From NCBI RefSeq assembly GCF_006345805.1, contig NC_042997.1, positions 36,580,001 to 36,644,000 on the forward strand: DNA of 64,000 nucleotides, given 5' to 3'. Origin of the DNA: Octopus sinensis. Its lineage: Eukaryota. Shown piece after piece: positions 1 to 12,589 of this stretch. Made by a program: the position numbers and the translations under genes. The stretch's first letter is position 1, and every line of letters starts with the position of its first letter. The notes beneath the pieces were generated by a model. The model saw nothing but the letters and a program-made list of their open reading frames with translations, did not search any database and had not been told where the DNA came from.

Positions 1-184
1 TGTAGTTTGATCGTTGATGATCTTCTTCTAGCATTCTGGCCGGCTACCTAGCAGGCCAGCCCTGCCAATATACACATATATTTGAATTTTCTCTGACTCC
101 TCAGATTTTTTTAATGCTGGACTACTGGTTTTAAATTGATATTAAAATTAATATTAATTTATCTCCCTCAATTTTTAAATATTT

Positions 185-238
<54 letters not shown>

Positions 239-2007
239 GTAAATATGCAAATGCATCAATTTGAAAGAAAAGTATCTCTTCAGACGCAGATAATTATATA
301 GATTCTCCACATAAAGGAACCAATCATATTTAACAAATTTAAAAATTCATCGATAAAATAAATGGAGTCGCTTGGAACAGCCGTAATATATTGATACCTG
401 TGCATACTTGTTATTTATTTACATTTTGTTTCGCTAACTTTGATCTGTGTGGACTATAGCGAACTTGTAAACTGCCTCAAATTAAGTATCTAATTTAACT
501 GAATCGTAATTATATGTATGTGTGTGTGTTTGTAAGTATATATACATGCATACATACATATATACATATATAAAACTATATATGTATGTATATAAACACA
601 ATGAATGTGAATGTATATATTGTATATATACATATATAATATGTTTTACACATCTCACAATGATGACGATAGCGATATCAATATCATGACACGATGACAA
701 ATGATATATTACAGGAAAGATTCGACCGATGGATACGAAGAAAGAAATCTAAGAAGGTACTTACGAGCAGTGAAGCAGGCGAATATACATCTTTGATCAT
801 ATTCAGAAATGTTTTCTGAACAAATATAACACATTTTAAACGTGAAATTATAGATATTTTCACTTCTGCACGCATTATGGCTTGGCATATGTAAACATTT
901 ACACTACCATAAAGGAAAATACATGTTCACTTCATAACGAATATTTCAAGTTTCGAAAAATTAAAGTTTCATAATATATGGGGGTTAATCACATTTAGTA
1001 CTATGTATTCGCTAAAATAATGAAGAAATTTGTGTTTTGAGTATCCTAGTGACAAGATGTACGTAACTCTCAAGTGTAAAAGAAACAAATGAAAAATATA
1101 AGTTCATTAACTGATTTTTTAGGTTAGTCGTACTTTTTAATTAAATTGTACATGAAAATCTATGTTGTCTAGTGCCAAATATTACGAACGTATAATCTTT
1201 AAATAATGTATATTCTCTTCTCGGATTTTCATATTCTAGCTATCTTGCTTAATGAATAGAAAATTGTATGAGAAGTTTGTATGTTATAACTCAGTCAAAG
1301 CGTTTGGAGCAATACAACGTCGCAGTTAACCACTTAGCGTGCTGTACTACGGTCATTGTTTGCAAGGAGAATAAAAAAGAACATTTCACGATATTAAAGA
1401 GATAGAAATTTTACAAAACGAGATCTTCTGTACCTTAATGTCACCATTCGTCACTTGTATTATGCAGGTGTGTTATTACATTTCACTATGCTAAAATAGA
1501 TGTAAAGATTGTTTAAAACGAAGATCTAGAGATTTGCTTTGTCTGAGCAATGTCCAGGCTTGAATACTGTCGAAAATTTATGGCAAATCATTAAGTTAGA
1601 ATAGAATTCGAGAGCAAATACGATGAACGTGTAGATGACGGGGAATTACAAATTAGAACCGACATTATTGAAATTCTCAGTGACAGTTTGATTTAAAGAA
1701 TTAAAATAAACTACAACATAATCGTGCTAGAGGCAATGATTACTAATGTTTAGTAATGAATAAACATAAATTCTATCTTTGAAGAAAATTCTGAATAAAA
1801 TAAAATATATTTAATTCAACAAAGTTACTACTGAACGCAAAAGAAATATGAAAAATGTATAGATTCGCTATTTGTAATATATATATTTTTGCTTGTGTGT
1901 GTGTGTGCGTGCCTGCGTGTGAAAGACTATGTTGATGTATGTGAATATGTGTGTATATGTATGTACGTCTGTGTGTTTATATATATATATATGCAGGTAC
2001 ATACTTG

Positions 2008-2038
<31 letters not shown>

Positions 2039-2464
2039 CAAACACCGATACACACCTGTCTAAAAATCGGAACCTTCACTACTATCAAAAAAAGAATACA
2101 GGACCTAACCCTAACTCTGTAAGCAGCCAGCGATACAATATCAGGAATACTCCCACTTCAAGCAGAGAAAGGATAAATCAACACCCACAGCATAGACACT
2201 GCAACCTCATCCCCACCCAAAGGAGTTACCAACGAAATCTTCGTCCCATTAACCGGTTAAACAACCATGCACAACAAACCCACACCACTTGCAATGATTA
2301 CCAACGAAGGCTTCCTAGAACACCACACCCGAATATGGGATATCGGGATGCTCTCCTCAATACTGCTCCAAGACCACACACCATAAATCACAACAGGAGA
2401 CCCCTAATCAACAAAGAACAACTATATACTAGCTACCGTCCCAACCACCGCATTCATTTTTTAG

Positions 2465-4790
2465 ACCCAATACGCAAACACAGAGACACAAGATAGCACC
2501 AAACAAGCAGGAGGAACCAAAAGTAATAAAAATTATTAATCTAACTCACAAGGAACTAACAGCAAACCAAATAAACATACTTTCCAAAGGACTCAAGTTT
2601 ACACCCACCCCACAACACCCCAACTACAATGAAATGAAAGAATACATCGCAGAATTCTGCAGAAAATTAAGACTTACTGAGGAGCTATACGATAAATACA
2701 ACGAGGACGAATCGTTAGCCAGAAATAGGAGTAACTACACCCCCTCGAAAGGTAAGAATAAAACACTTGATGATTTCTGTGACCACATATCAAATTACCC
2801 ATATCAACATATGCACAAACAAAAACACAAACCAAACCTCAGCAAAAAAGAATGGGCTGAGTTGAACAAATTAAAACTAGATAAAACAATAAAATCAAAG
2901 AGGCCGATAAAGGGAGTGCTGTTGTCTTAATGGATACGACATTTTACATAACTTTGGTACTTTCTATGCTGGAAGACACAACATACTATGAAAAGGCACA
3001 AAACTACAGTCAACAAAAAATAATGAGGGAACTAAAATCCATATTAAACCCATACAAAGCAGGGCTCACCGACAAAGAATATGATTATATGACCAATTTC
3101 ACAAGTAAAACTAGCCAATTCTACGGTATACCTAAGATCCACAAAAGTGAAAAAATAAGCAACGCATGCAAGATAGCTACAGACAAAATAATTAAAGTCC
3201 CTAATCCTAATGACCTCAAATTGAGACCCATAATAGCAGGTCCCGCATGCGAAACCCACCGCCTCAGTAACTTTTTAGACACCCTGTTAAAACCACTCCT
3301 CAAACATGTCAAAAGCTATATAAGGGACGACTTAGATATGCTCAATCACCTACCGAATACTATAAACAAAAACACCATACTGGTATCCTTCGATGTAGTC
3401 AACCTCTACTCCAATATCCCCCACAACCTAGGACTAGAGGCAATCCAATTCTGGCTAGAGAATCACGCCAACGAACTACCACACCGCATCAAAAAAGAAT
3501 TTGTGATAGAAGGGGTTAAATTCATCCTGGAAAATAACTTCTTCGCCTTCAATGACAACTTCTACCGACAAAAATAGGGGACTGCGATGGGTACACGAAT
3601 GGCACCCTCCTTTGCCAACCTAGTCATAGGATACATAGAGATCAGTCTGTATCGTAAGGTTCTAGAAAGATATGGCAGCCCTTTCTCCATCTACATAGAA
3701 AACAACTGGAAGAGATATCTAGATGACTGTTTCATCCTTTGGCATAAAAATATAGAAAAACTCATAGAATTCCAGAAAATTTTAAACGGACTGGATGTAA
3801 ACATCCAATTCACGATGGAATATAGTCAACAACAACTCCCCTTCCTCGATATCCTCATTAAGAAAGCTAATAATATAATAGAAACAGACATATACTATAA
3901 GCCTACAGACTCTAAGCAATATCTTCCATTCAATTCATGCCACCCCAGACACACCAGGATGAATATCCCCTTCAATCTAGCAAAAAGGATATGCACTATA
4001 GTCTCTAACGCAAACACCAGAGACACACGACTACAAGAACTAAAAGATACCCTAATCACCAGGAACTATCCACCTTCACTTATTGACAAGTGCATTCAAC
4101 GTGCCCTTCAACTTAACATCAAGGAACTGAGACATCCCAAATCAAAGAAAAACTTACAACCAAAAGCCTTACCATACATCTCCACACACAACCCTCTCAA
4201 TAACGAAGCCTTCGACACCATCCTCCACAACATACCCCTCCTAAAAAAAGACCACAGAATGAACACAATCCTCCAAACACACACGATCATAAAAAGCAAA
4301 AGACAGCCTAGATCCATGAAAAGTCTCCTTACACAAGCCCGAATTCACTCTTCAACACAGAAGCCGACAGTAAAAAAATGTGGAAGACCCAATTGCGGGA
4401 TATGCGACTATCTAATCGAGGGTTCTGAGTTCTCCTTCAAACAGGGACAACGGTTTACAGTGAAAAGCAACTTCACATGTGCTTCGGAGAACCTAATATA
4501 CTCACTAACCTGCTCCGGGTGTCAAGAGCAGTACATAGGCCAAACAAAAAATGGTTTGCGTAAACGAATGGCCCTGCACAGATCCCAGATAAAAATTCCC
4601 CAAAACAGAAAAATAACTTTTAGCCAACACATAGATACTTGCGCCAACAAAAAAACACCAAACTTCAGAATTTTCCCCTCTACCAATTTAGGGACGATAC
4701 AACCTCGAGACAACGAATAAGTAAAGAAAATCTCTTTATTACAAAATACAAGCCACTTCTTAACGGGTCTACGACAAACAATTAATATAC
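2465..4790 (+). pseudogene. PLE reverse transcriptase + GIY-YIG endonuclease ORF, disrupted
   Basis: ORFs 2634-2930, 2930-3577 and 3587-4720 join through a 1-nt frameshift (~2895), an in-frame TAG (3575-3577) and a 1-nt frameshift (~4679). The last restores the C-terminus FPFYQFRDD...KENLFITKYKPLLN. Confidence 0.9.
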
Positions 4791-4911
4791 CTCAACTTTA
4801 GAATAAAAGAAAAAAATATATATACACACACAAATACTACACTCCATAGAATCCATTACTAATCAGCCCCTTCATAGCTATATTTACACCCATTCATATT
4901 CTCCCTTCTCT

Positions 4912-5135
4912 GTTTTTTTCTTCTTCTTCTTCTTCCTCTTCTTCTTCATCATCATCATTATCATCATCATCGGCGTCATCATCATCACCACCATCATCAC
5001 CACCATCTTCTCCTTCTTCTTCTTCTTCTTCATCATCATCATTATCATCATCATCGTCGTCATAATCATCACCACCATCACCATCATCGTCATCTTCTCC
5101 TTATTCTTCTTCTTCTTCTTCTTCTTCTCCTTCTT
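4912..5135. repeat. Compound (TTC)n/(ATC)n/(ACC)n trinucleotide array in the PLE 3' region
   Basis: Visible directly; the TTC-ATC-ACC block occurs about twice in tandem. Confidence 0.9.
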
Positions 5136-5494
5136 CTACTTCTCCACCCCCTACCCCTTAACTTTGTCACTAATGTTTTTTAGTATAACACCTACGCTAA
5201 TTCTATAAACAAGCCTGTCAATATAAATATTCTCCTGAATTGAACTGAGACTGCCAGCCGCCACTGACCATTCAAAATACGACCATCAGGGCACTCCCAG
5301 ATTCTCCCACCCCGCTTTCCTCACCAGCCTTCCCTCTACTACCCTACCAAGAACTCACAACTACCTCGAACACACAAGTGCAAACAAGGGAGTCAGAGAA
5401 AGGCAGAATGCCACTTAAATCTGAACACTACTATAGAAATATTCTTTTAAAAAAAACTTTTCTTCTAATTTTTCTAAATTTAATTATTTAATCG

Positions 5495-5538
5495 TTACAG
5501 TTGAAAAGGTCTCAAAATGACCGAAACCGGTACTGAAA
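5495..5538 (+). ncRNA. Minimal type I hammerhead ribozyme, U3-A8 core variant
   Basis: ttacag-TTGAAAA-ggtc(tcaaaat)gacc-GAAAC-CG-GTA-ctgaaa. Stem I cag/ctg, stem II ggtc/gacc, palindromic stem III ACCGGT, GUA cleavage triplet. Confidence 0.7.
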
Positions 5539-5584
5539 TGTTCACTATAAAATTATTTTAGCATTTTCTATTTTTTACTTGTTT

Positions 5585-5670
<86 letters not shown>

Positions 5671-6242
5671 TGTGTATATGTACGACGTGGGGCGGGCGTG
5701 TGTACCTGGTGTGAAATAATGGACACTGGGAAAGGCTACCTCTGTGTTCGCGAATACTGAATAAAGAGAATCTTATAAAGCTAGGAATAATGGAATAAAT
5801 GCTGTGTCAGCTTAGCAAGAGTTTTATGCTGGAAAGTGTTACGTTGCGAAGGAAAATTTTAGCATGATTCCAAAAACTAGACTTAGAAACATATAGAAGG
5901 ATTGAGTTAAGTATAATGCAAGGAAACACAGAAAAATGAACGAAAAATGCAGAAAGAGGCAGTAAGTAATACAAAAAGAGAAACTAATAGGAACGTGATC
6001 GTTAGGGTGTGTATATTAATCTTTTCATAAATAAATGGGAAAGGAGACAAAAGAATATATTTATGTAGCAGATGATATTGGAAAATAGTAAGTGTGTGAG
6101 AGAAAATAATAAGAGAGCTATTGAGCAAGCATGGGCGTCAATATTAAGAAAACAGAAGACAAGAAGAGTTCATTTCTATGCTTATATAAATACACACACA
6201 AACCTTTATTTATTCATATATATATGTGTGAGTGTGTGTATC

Positions 6243-6275
<33 letters not shown>

Positions 6276-8383
6276 GGAACTGAACACACTGGACATGCAT
6301 GGGTTTATATGTTTGAGTAAGCATGCATATATTTTTGTATGTATATGTGTGTATGTGTATGCGCCTACGTGTGTGTCCCTATATGCTTATATTCCCATTT
6401 CAACACCTCTTTTTTTTTACTATCATATTTAACATTTTTGGATATAGAGAAAGTCTCTCCACTACGATTTGTTACAAAGAAACTGTAGTGTGTAAAATAT
6501 TCAGACTGTATTTTTTTATGAATTTTCGGTAGATCTGTGTCTGATTATTACTTATACTTAGGAATTATTTTTTTTAAATGTAAGACGACAATATATTAAA
6601 TTCAGATGAATGTATGCAGTGCAGCTAAATTATGTGTTAGCAACTCACAATTTATTCAAACAATAAGTTTGCTTTACAAAATATGATTAAGTTTGTTACG
6701 CAATACGAAAGATTTTGGTCACATTGCGGAAGCCAGTAAGGAAAGGGTTAGTGAGGTGTTAAGGATTAGTGAAAATATAAATATCAGAATATATTTGTAG
6801 CATTATTTGAATTAGAATCTTAGCAAATATATAGGTCAAATATCAACATGAACTTTGTTGCCTTTATTCTGCTTGCCATTTTTTCACAAATGCTCACTTT
6901 TTCTTTATACTTTTTTGGTAAACATACATCCCTATGTAGCCTTGTTTTATTTATAATTTCTATTATAGCAACTGAATGGGATGCAGAAAGTTATTTATGC
7001 CTATATCGGTGGAATGTACAAAAGGTTGTGTTTCTGCATGTGATAACATGAAGGATATATTGAGACAGTTTCTGTTACTTTACACGAGCTGTTGATCAAC
7101 ACAAAGTAAGACGATTGTCAGTCATTAGTCATATTGGATATGCTAAACAGATCCAATAAGTGGTAGGTGTTATAGTGTTTTATTGATGCAACTATGATTT
7201 TCATCTTCAAAGGTTTAATCCCAATATAAATAATTACCCATTTACATAAGTACAGTTTATACTACCATTAACATTTCTGGATGCTCAACGAATGATAGTA
7301 GGTTGTGTGAGAAGTTAGTGTTGTATTTAGTTATAGGTTCAGTCTTTGATTGCCGGTAGTTGAATGGGAGTTACGTGCGAAGATCATGCTTTACAAGTAC
7401 ATTTTCCTTTATTTTTAACGCGGTAGAACAATGTTGCGGCTTCTATCTCTTAACCATACAAGCATATTAGAGAAACTGTAGAGAATTTATTATAAAGTAA
7501 TGGTGTTTTAGGAGCCACTTATGATGCCCGTGCACTGCACATTATGAAGGAGAAAAGAGATAACAGGTATTAAGAAAAGAACTAACACGACATATATACC
7601 GTAAACAAATTTTTTCTATGCCATAAGACATAGGTAGCATAGGACAGTGACTGGTAAGTAAATAAAATAAAGGGAGTATAGGAAATTGAAAAAACGTCTG
7701 CTAAAATTAAATAGGAGATAGGAAACTTATAGTCATACATAAAGAAATTATGAAAACTACAAAATCAAAAAAAAAACATGGAATGTTATAAAAAAGAATG
7801 AACATGAAAATAAAGAGAAGTGATTCGTTTACGAGTCAGGCATTTAGAAGTTATAGAAGCAACGCATAAAGGAAAGAGAGGTAGTGAGGTAGATATATAT
7901 ACGTAGAGAGAGAGAGAGTGAGAGAAATAGAAGAGTGTTTGTTAGAAAGTTTGATAGGTACAAAGACATGATCAATGAAATAGAGTTAAGCGAGTAATTA
8001 GAATAGAAATATATGGAAGGGCAACTTGCTGTCAATAAAGAAGGGTGGGGGTGAAATATGGACAAGCCATACTGAAATAAGTGAAAGAAGCAAAGGAAAT
8101 TAAGGATGTATATTATATTCATAGCAGAAGTAATAAAACAGATATAGGTGAAATGTGTATATGTGTGTATTTGTATCTGTGCGTGCTTGTATATCTGTGC
8201 ATGTATAATGTGATAGCCTACATTTTAGATAAACGTTTAATTCGAAATTCTTTTCAATAATATTTTTGTTAATATATGTCAGATGAAATTAAAAGGTTTC
8301 AAGTGTGAATTTCTCTAAAATAAAAATTCCTGTTATCTCAACTTCAAACTTGTGAAACAGTTTAATATAAACCAAGTATCTAG

Positions 8384-8778
8384 CTGGTGGCTGTGTGGTA
8401 AGTAGCTTGCTAACCAACCACATGGTTCTGGGTTCAGTCCCACTGCGTGGCATCTTGGGCAAGTGTCTTCTGCTATAGCCCCCGGCCGACCAATGCCTTG
8501 TGAGTGGATTTGGTAGACGGAAACTGAAAGAAGCCTGTCGTATATATGTATATATGTATATATGTATGTGTGTGTGTTTGTGTGTCTGTGTTTGTTCGCC
8601 TAGCATTGCTTGACAACCATTGCTGGTGTGTTTACGTCCCCGTCACCTAGCGGTTCGGCAAAAAGAGACCGATAGAATAAGTACTGGGCTTACAAAAAGA
8701 ATAAGTCCCGAGGTCGAGTTGCTCGACTAAAGGCGGCGCTCCAGCATGGCCGCAGTCAAATGACTGAAACAAGTAAAA
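8384..8778 (+). mobile_element. tRNA-derived SINE, family B (CORE-like TTGGGCAAGTG motif, internal TA/TG microsatellite)
   Basis: Degenerate A/B boxes (GTGGTAAG...GGTTCAGTCCC). Near-identical to 17222-17635; ends in CAGTCAAATGACTGAAACAAG. Confidence 0.9.
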
Positions 8779-9049
8779 TTTAAAAAATATATATATTAGA
8801 ATATTTTAAAAACTAGAACTTTAGAAATTTGAACACTAAAACTATACGCATTTCAGAAAAAGTAAGGTAAATGCTATTTTATTTTGGAAAGAAAAACAAA
8901 CCCCATATTATGAGAGTAGACTCATAATATTACATACATACGTTTCTATTTATCTATCTATAATTACATACATACGTTTTTATTTATCTATCATTACATA
9001 CATACGTGTCTATCTATCAAACTATTTATCTATCTATAATGAGAATAAT

Positions 9050-9210
9050 AATATTTTCTACTAAAAGCACGGCCTGAAATTTTGCAGGGTGTGGGCTAGC
9101 CGATATCATCGACCCCCAGTGTGTAACGGGTACTTATTTCATCTACTCCAAAAGGATGAAAGGTAAAGTCGATCGCGGAGGAATCTGAAAACTGAACATA
9201 ATGGAGGACA
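9050..9210 (-). mobile_element. SINE family A fragment (tail type A1)
   Basis: Reverse complement of the GGTCGACTTTGCCTTTCATCCTTTCGGGGTCGATAAA core found in other copies. Confidence 0.75.
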
Positions 9211-9219
9211 AAATTCCGC

Positions 9220-9269
9220 TAATGATGATGATGATGATGATGATAATAATAATAATGATAATAATAATG

Positions 9270-9340
<71 letters not shown>
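9220..9340. repeat. (GAT)n/(AAT)n microsatellite
   Basis: Seen directly. Confidence 0.95.
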
Positions 9341-10094
9341 TCAAGTGATTTAAAACCGGAAACGGAAGCTCTAATCTGTGCTGCCTAAGAGCAAGCACTA
9401 AGAATAAACTACATAAAATACAGAATAGGCTGCACATCAGAAAGTGATAAGTGCAGAATCTGTGGACAAAAAGGTGAAACCGTATCGCAAATTACCTGCC
9501 AATGAACGCCAATAGCCCAGAAGGAATATAATAGACGCCCAGAGAATATAGCCAGGCTTGTCAATTGGACACTTTGCAAAAAGTATGGACATGACAGAGC
9601 AAAGATTTGGTACGACCATAAACCTGAAGCCATTGTGGAAAATAGAAATGCAAAGATCTTATTGGATTTTATGATTCAGTGCGACCATGACATTGAAAAT
9701 TGGAAGCTGGTCATAGTCTGAATTGAGAAACAAAACAAACTATGCTGGATTATAGATATACCATGCCCAGCTGAAAACAAGGTATGCGATAAGGAAGAAA
9801 GAATTGTCAAGAGATATGACAGGTTAGCTTGGGAAGTTAAGCAGTTGTGGTCGATGAAAAAGCTGGTATTAGTGCCATTAATTGCCGGAGCCCTGGGAAC
9901 GGTTAGTAAAAATCTTGAGAAGTACGTGGAACAAATAGGGGCTGCAATAAGGATGGAGCACTTGCAGAAAACAGGATTGCTTGGAACCGCTCGAATACTC
10001 CGGAAGCAGCTCGAAAATAAGAGGTCTTACCTTAGTTCACTGGTAGTGAACAGCTGACACTGTAGTACAGCTGTGCAAAGGTAATAAATAGTAA
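9341..10094 (+). mobile_element. R4/Dong-like non-LTR retrotransposon 3' remnant #1 (CCHC + REL endonuclease)
   Basis: Degenerate translation SDLKPETEALICAA...KCRICGQKGETVSQI...WYDHKPEAIVEN...IIDIPCP...VPLIAGALG...LLGTARILRK. Confidence 0.9.
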
Positions 10095-10329
10095 CAGGGG
10101 GCGAGCTGGCAGAACCGTTAGCACCCAGGGCGAAATGCGCAGCCGTATTTCCTCTGCCGTTACGTTCTGAGTTCAAATTCCGCCGAGGTCGACTTTGCCT
10201 TTCATCCTTTCGGGGTCGATAAATTAAAGTACCAGTTACGCACTGGGGTCGATGAAATCGACTTAATCCGTTTGTCTGTCCTTGTTTGTCTCCTCTGTTT
10301 TTAGCCCCTTGTGGGTAGTAAAGAAATAG
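10095..10329 (+). mobile_element. SINE family A (tail type A2), full length, with 14-bp TSD
   Basis: tRNA-like head GGCGAGCTGGCAGAA...GAGTTCAAATTCC. TSD GTAATAAATAGTAA at 10081-10094 and 10330-10343. Central domain resembles the Nin/Deu SINE domain (inference). Confidence 0.9.
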
Positions 10330-10354
10330 GTAATAAATAGTAATAATAATGATG

Positions 10355-10388
<34 letters not shown>

Positions 10389-10402
10389 CAATAATAATAA
10401 CA

Positions 10403-11153
10403 GAGGGATTTTTTAATTGCAGCACAAGACCAAAGCCTCCCCACCAGAAATTACCAAAAACATATAATGAAAAGAAATATAACAAGTAACTGCAGAATAT
10501 GTAGAGATGGACAAGAAACAATAAATCATATTATCTCTGGTTGCCCAGTCCTGGCTAAGAAGGAATATATTCAGAAACACGACTGAGTTGGGGCCTTCAT
10601 ACACTGGAAGCTATTCCAACATTATGGAATAACAACAGAAAAAAGATGGTATAGACACACCCCAGAAAAGGTAACAGAAAACGAGAAAGCAACCATACTC
10701 TGGGATATGCCAATACACATAGATAGAGAAATTAAGTCCAACAGACCAGATATAGTTGTCACAGATCATGAAGGAAAAAATGCTTTCTAATTGATGTATC
10801 AATACCAGCAGATGACAACATGTCTCTAAAAGAAATGGAGAAACTTTCAAAATACAAAGACCTGGAAAGAGAGGTAACTAGAATGTGGAATCTGAAAACA
10901 GAAACAATTCCTATCATAGTAGGTGCATTAGGCATGATAAAAAGATATTCAGACAAATACATAACAAAAACACCATGACTTACAAGCACATATAACATAC
11001 AGAAAATTGCACTACTAGGCACTGCCCACATCCTACGCAAAACACTTTCAATACAGTAACCATCAGAGCATGACAACAAAACACAGCACATACCCAAGGC
11101 ACACAGAGCTGCGCTCGGTAGTGAACAGAAAGCACGCTATAAAAATAAAACTA

Positions 11154-11157
<4 letters not shown>
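10403..11157 (+). mobile_element. R4/Dong-like retrotransposon 3' remnant #2
   Basis: GFLIAAQDQSLPTRNY...CRICRDGQETINHIISGCPVLA...ILWDMPIH...NRPDIVV...LIDVSIP...IPIIVGALG; stop at 11058; followed by (AAT)n. Confidence 0.92.
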
Positions 11158-11224
<67 letters not shown>

Positions 11225-11225
<1 letters not shown>

Positions 11226-12360
11226 TGGATGCTAAAGCTCGTGGAAAATCACGAGAGATGAAAGAAGCTTCATTCTATCATAAAGGAAAGCAAAAAATTT
11301 GCTATTGATCTCGTGCAGGTTACCCAAACTGAACAACCCGAGGGAAGTACGGCAACTATTGTTGCAAAGAAGGTGAAAATGATGGCAATGAAAAAAGCGC
11401 ACGAGCAATTGGCTGATAGGTGAGAGGAGAAACCTCTGCACGGCAAATATGTGACCCGCAGCAAACAAGCTGATGTTGACCAGAAGCAAACCCATCAGTG
11501 GCTACGGAGCTCAGGGCTAAAAGCAGAGAGCGAAGGTTTCATCCTGGCTGCTCAAGATCGAAGCCTATTAACCCGGAACTACCAGGCCAATGTGATGAAA
11601 AATGGAGCAGACCCAAAATGCCGATTCTGCAACGACATGATTGAAACAGTGGACCACCTAATCTCTGGATGTAAAGTCTTAGCACCAGTGGAGTATAAAT
11701 TAAGACATGACAGAGTTGGCCAATATCTCCACTGGCTAATAAGTCGGCATTACAATATCAAAACTGCCGACAAGTGGTATAATCACCACCCTGAGGCTGT
11801 AACTGAAGGAGAAAATGTAACCATTCTGTGGGACTTTCCAGTACATACAGACCGAACCATTAAGGCCAATAAACCAGACATTGTTGTGAAAGACCAAAAC
11901 AATAAAGTTTGCTTATTGATCGACATGAGCATCCCCTGTGATCATAATATCTCAGCGAAAGAGTTTGACAAGCTCAAAAAATATAAAGACCTACTCATTG
12001 AAATTGAGAAAATGTGGCATCTCAAGGCGGTTACAATACCAATGATCGTAGGAGCACTAGGAATGATCAAGAAGGGAACCGAAAATTATATGAGAATGAT
12101 CCCTGGCTTACCATCCCTGCAAGAAGTGCAAAAGATTGTCTTAACTGGTACATCACACGTATTGAGAAGAGCATTGTCGATGTGAGAACTGTTGCTGCTC
12201 ATGTATTTTAATTTAACTTAAAAAAAATTAAAAAAATAAAAAATGAACGAACTACTTAGTTTGGTTTAATGGCCTACCAATATATACTATGAGTTTCTTT
12301 GCCCTAGGAGTCGGGAAGACACTCGGCAAGAAATGGAAGCAAATTTGAAAGAAGAAAAAA
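11225..12360 (+). mobile_element. R4/Dong-like retrotransposon 3' remnant #3 (best preserved)
   Basis: 244-aa ORF 11451-12185 with CRFC-x-ETVDHLISGC zinc knuckle and PD-(D/E)xK REL motifs (KPDIVV...LIDMSIP...KYKDL). 3' UTR ends in A-run plus (TAA)n. Confidence 0.95.
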
Positions 12361-12364
12361 AAAA

Positions 12365-12428
<64 letters not shown>

Positions 12429-12494
12429 TGCTGATGATGATGATAACAATAATAATAGTAATAATAACAACAGCATCAATAACTACAACAGTAA

Positions 12495-12578
12495 TCCTTC
12501 TTGCTATAGACATAAGGGCCGAATTTTGCGGAGGAGGATAGAGGATTTCATCGACCTCAGTACACTACTGGTACTTAG
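12495..12578 (-). mobile_element. SINE family A tail fragment (A1)
   Basis: TTCTTGCTATAGACATAAGGGCCGAATTTT...ACTGGTACTT matches other A1 tails. Confidence 0.65.
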
Positions 12579-12589
12579 GTGATCGCCTC

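Larger units (their letters stand above)
2041..5589 (+). mobile_element. Penelope-like retroelement (Neptune-type), 5'-truncated, flanked on both sides by (TA)n
   Basis: PLE N-terminal motif INLTHKELTANQINILSKGLKFTPTP (~2535-2610). RT motifs LYGIPKIHK-like (FYGIPKIHK), LRPIIAG, SFDVVNLYSNIP, GTAMG and RYLDD. Cys linker CGRPNCGIC and GIY-YIG motif NLIYSLTCSGCQEQYIGQT. 3' region carries a hammerhead motif. Confidence 0.95.
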
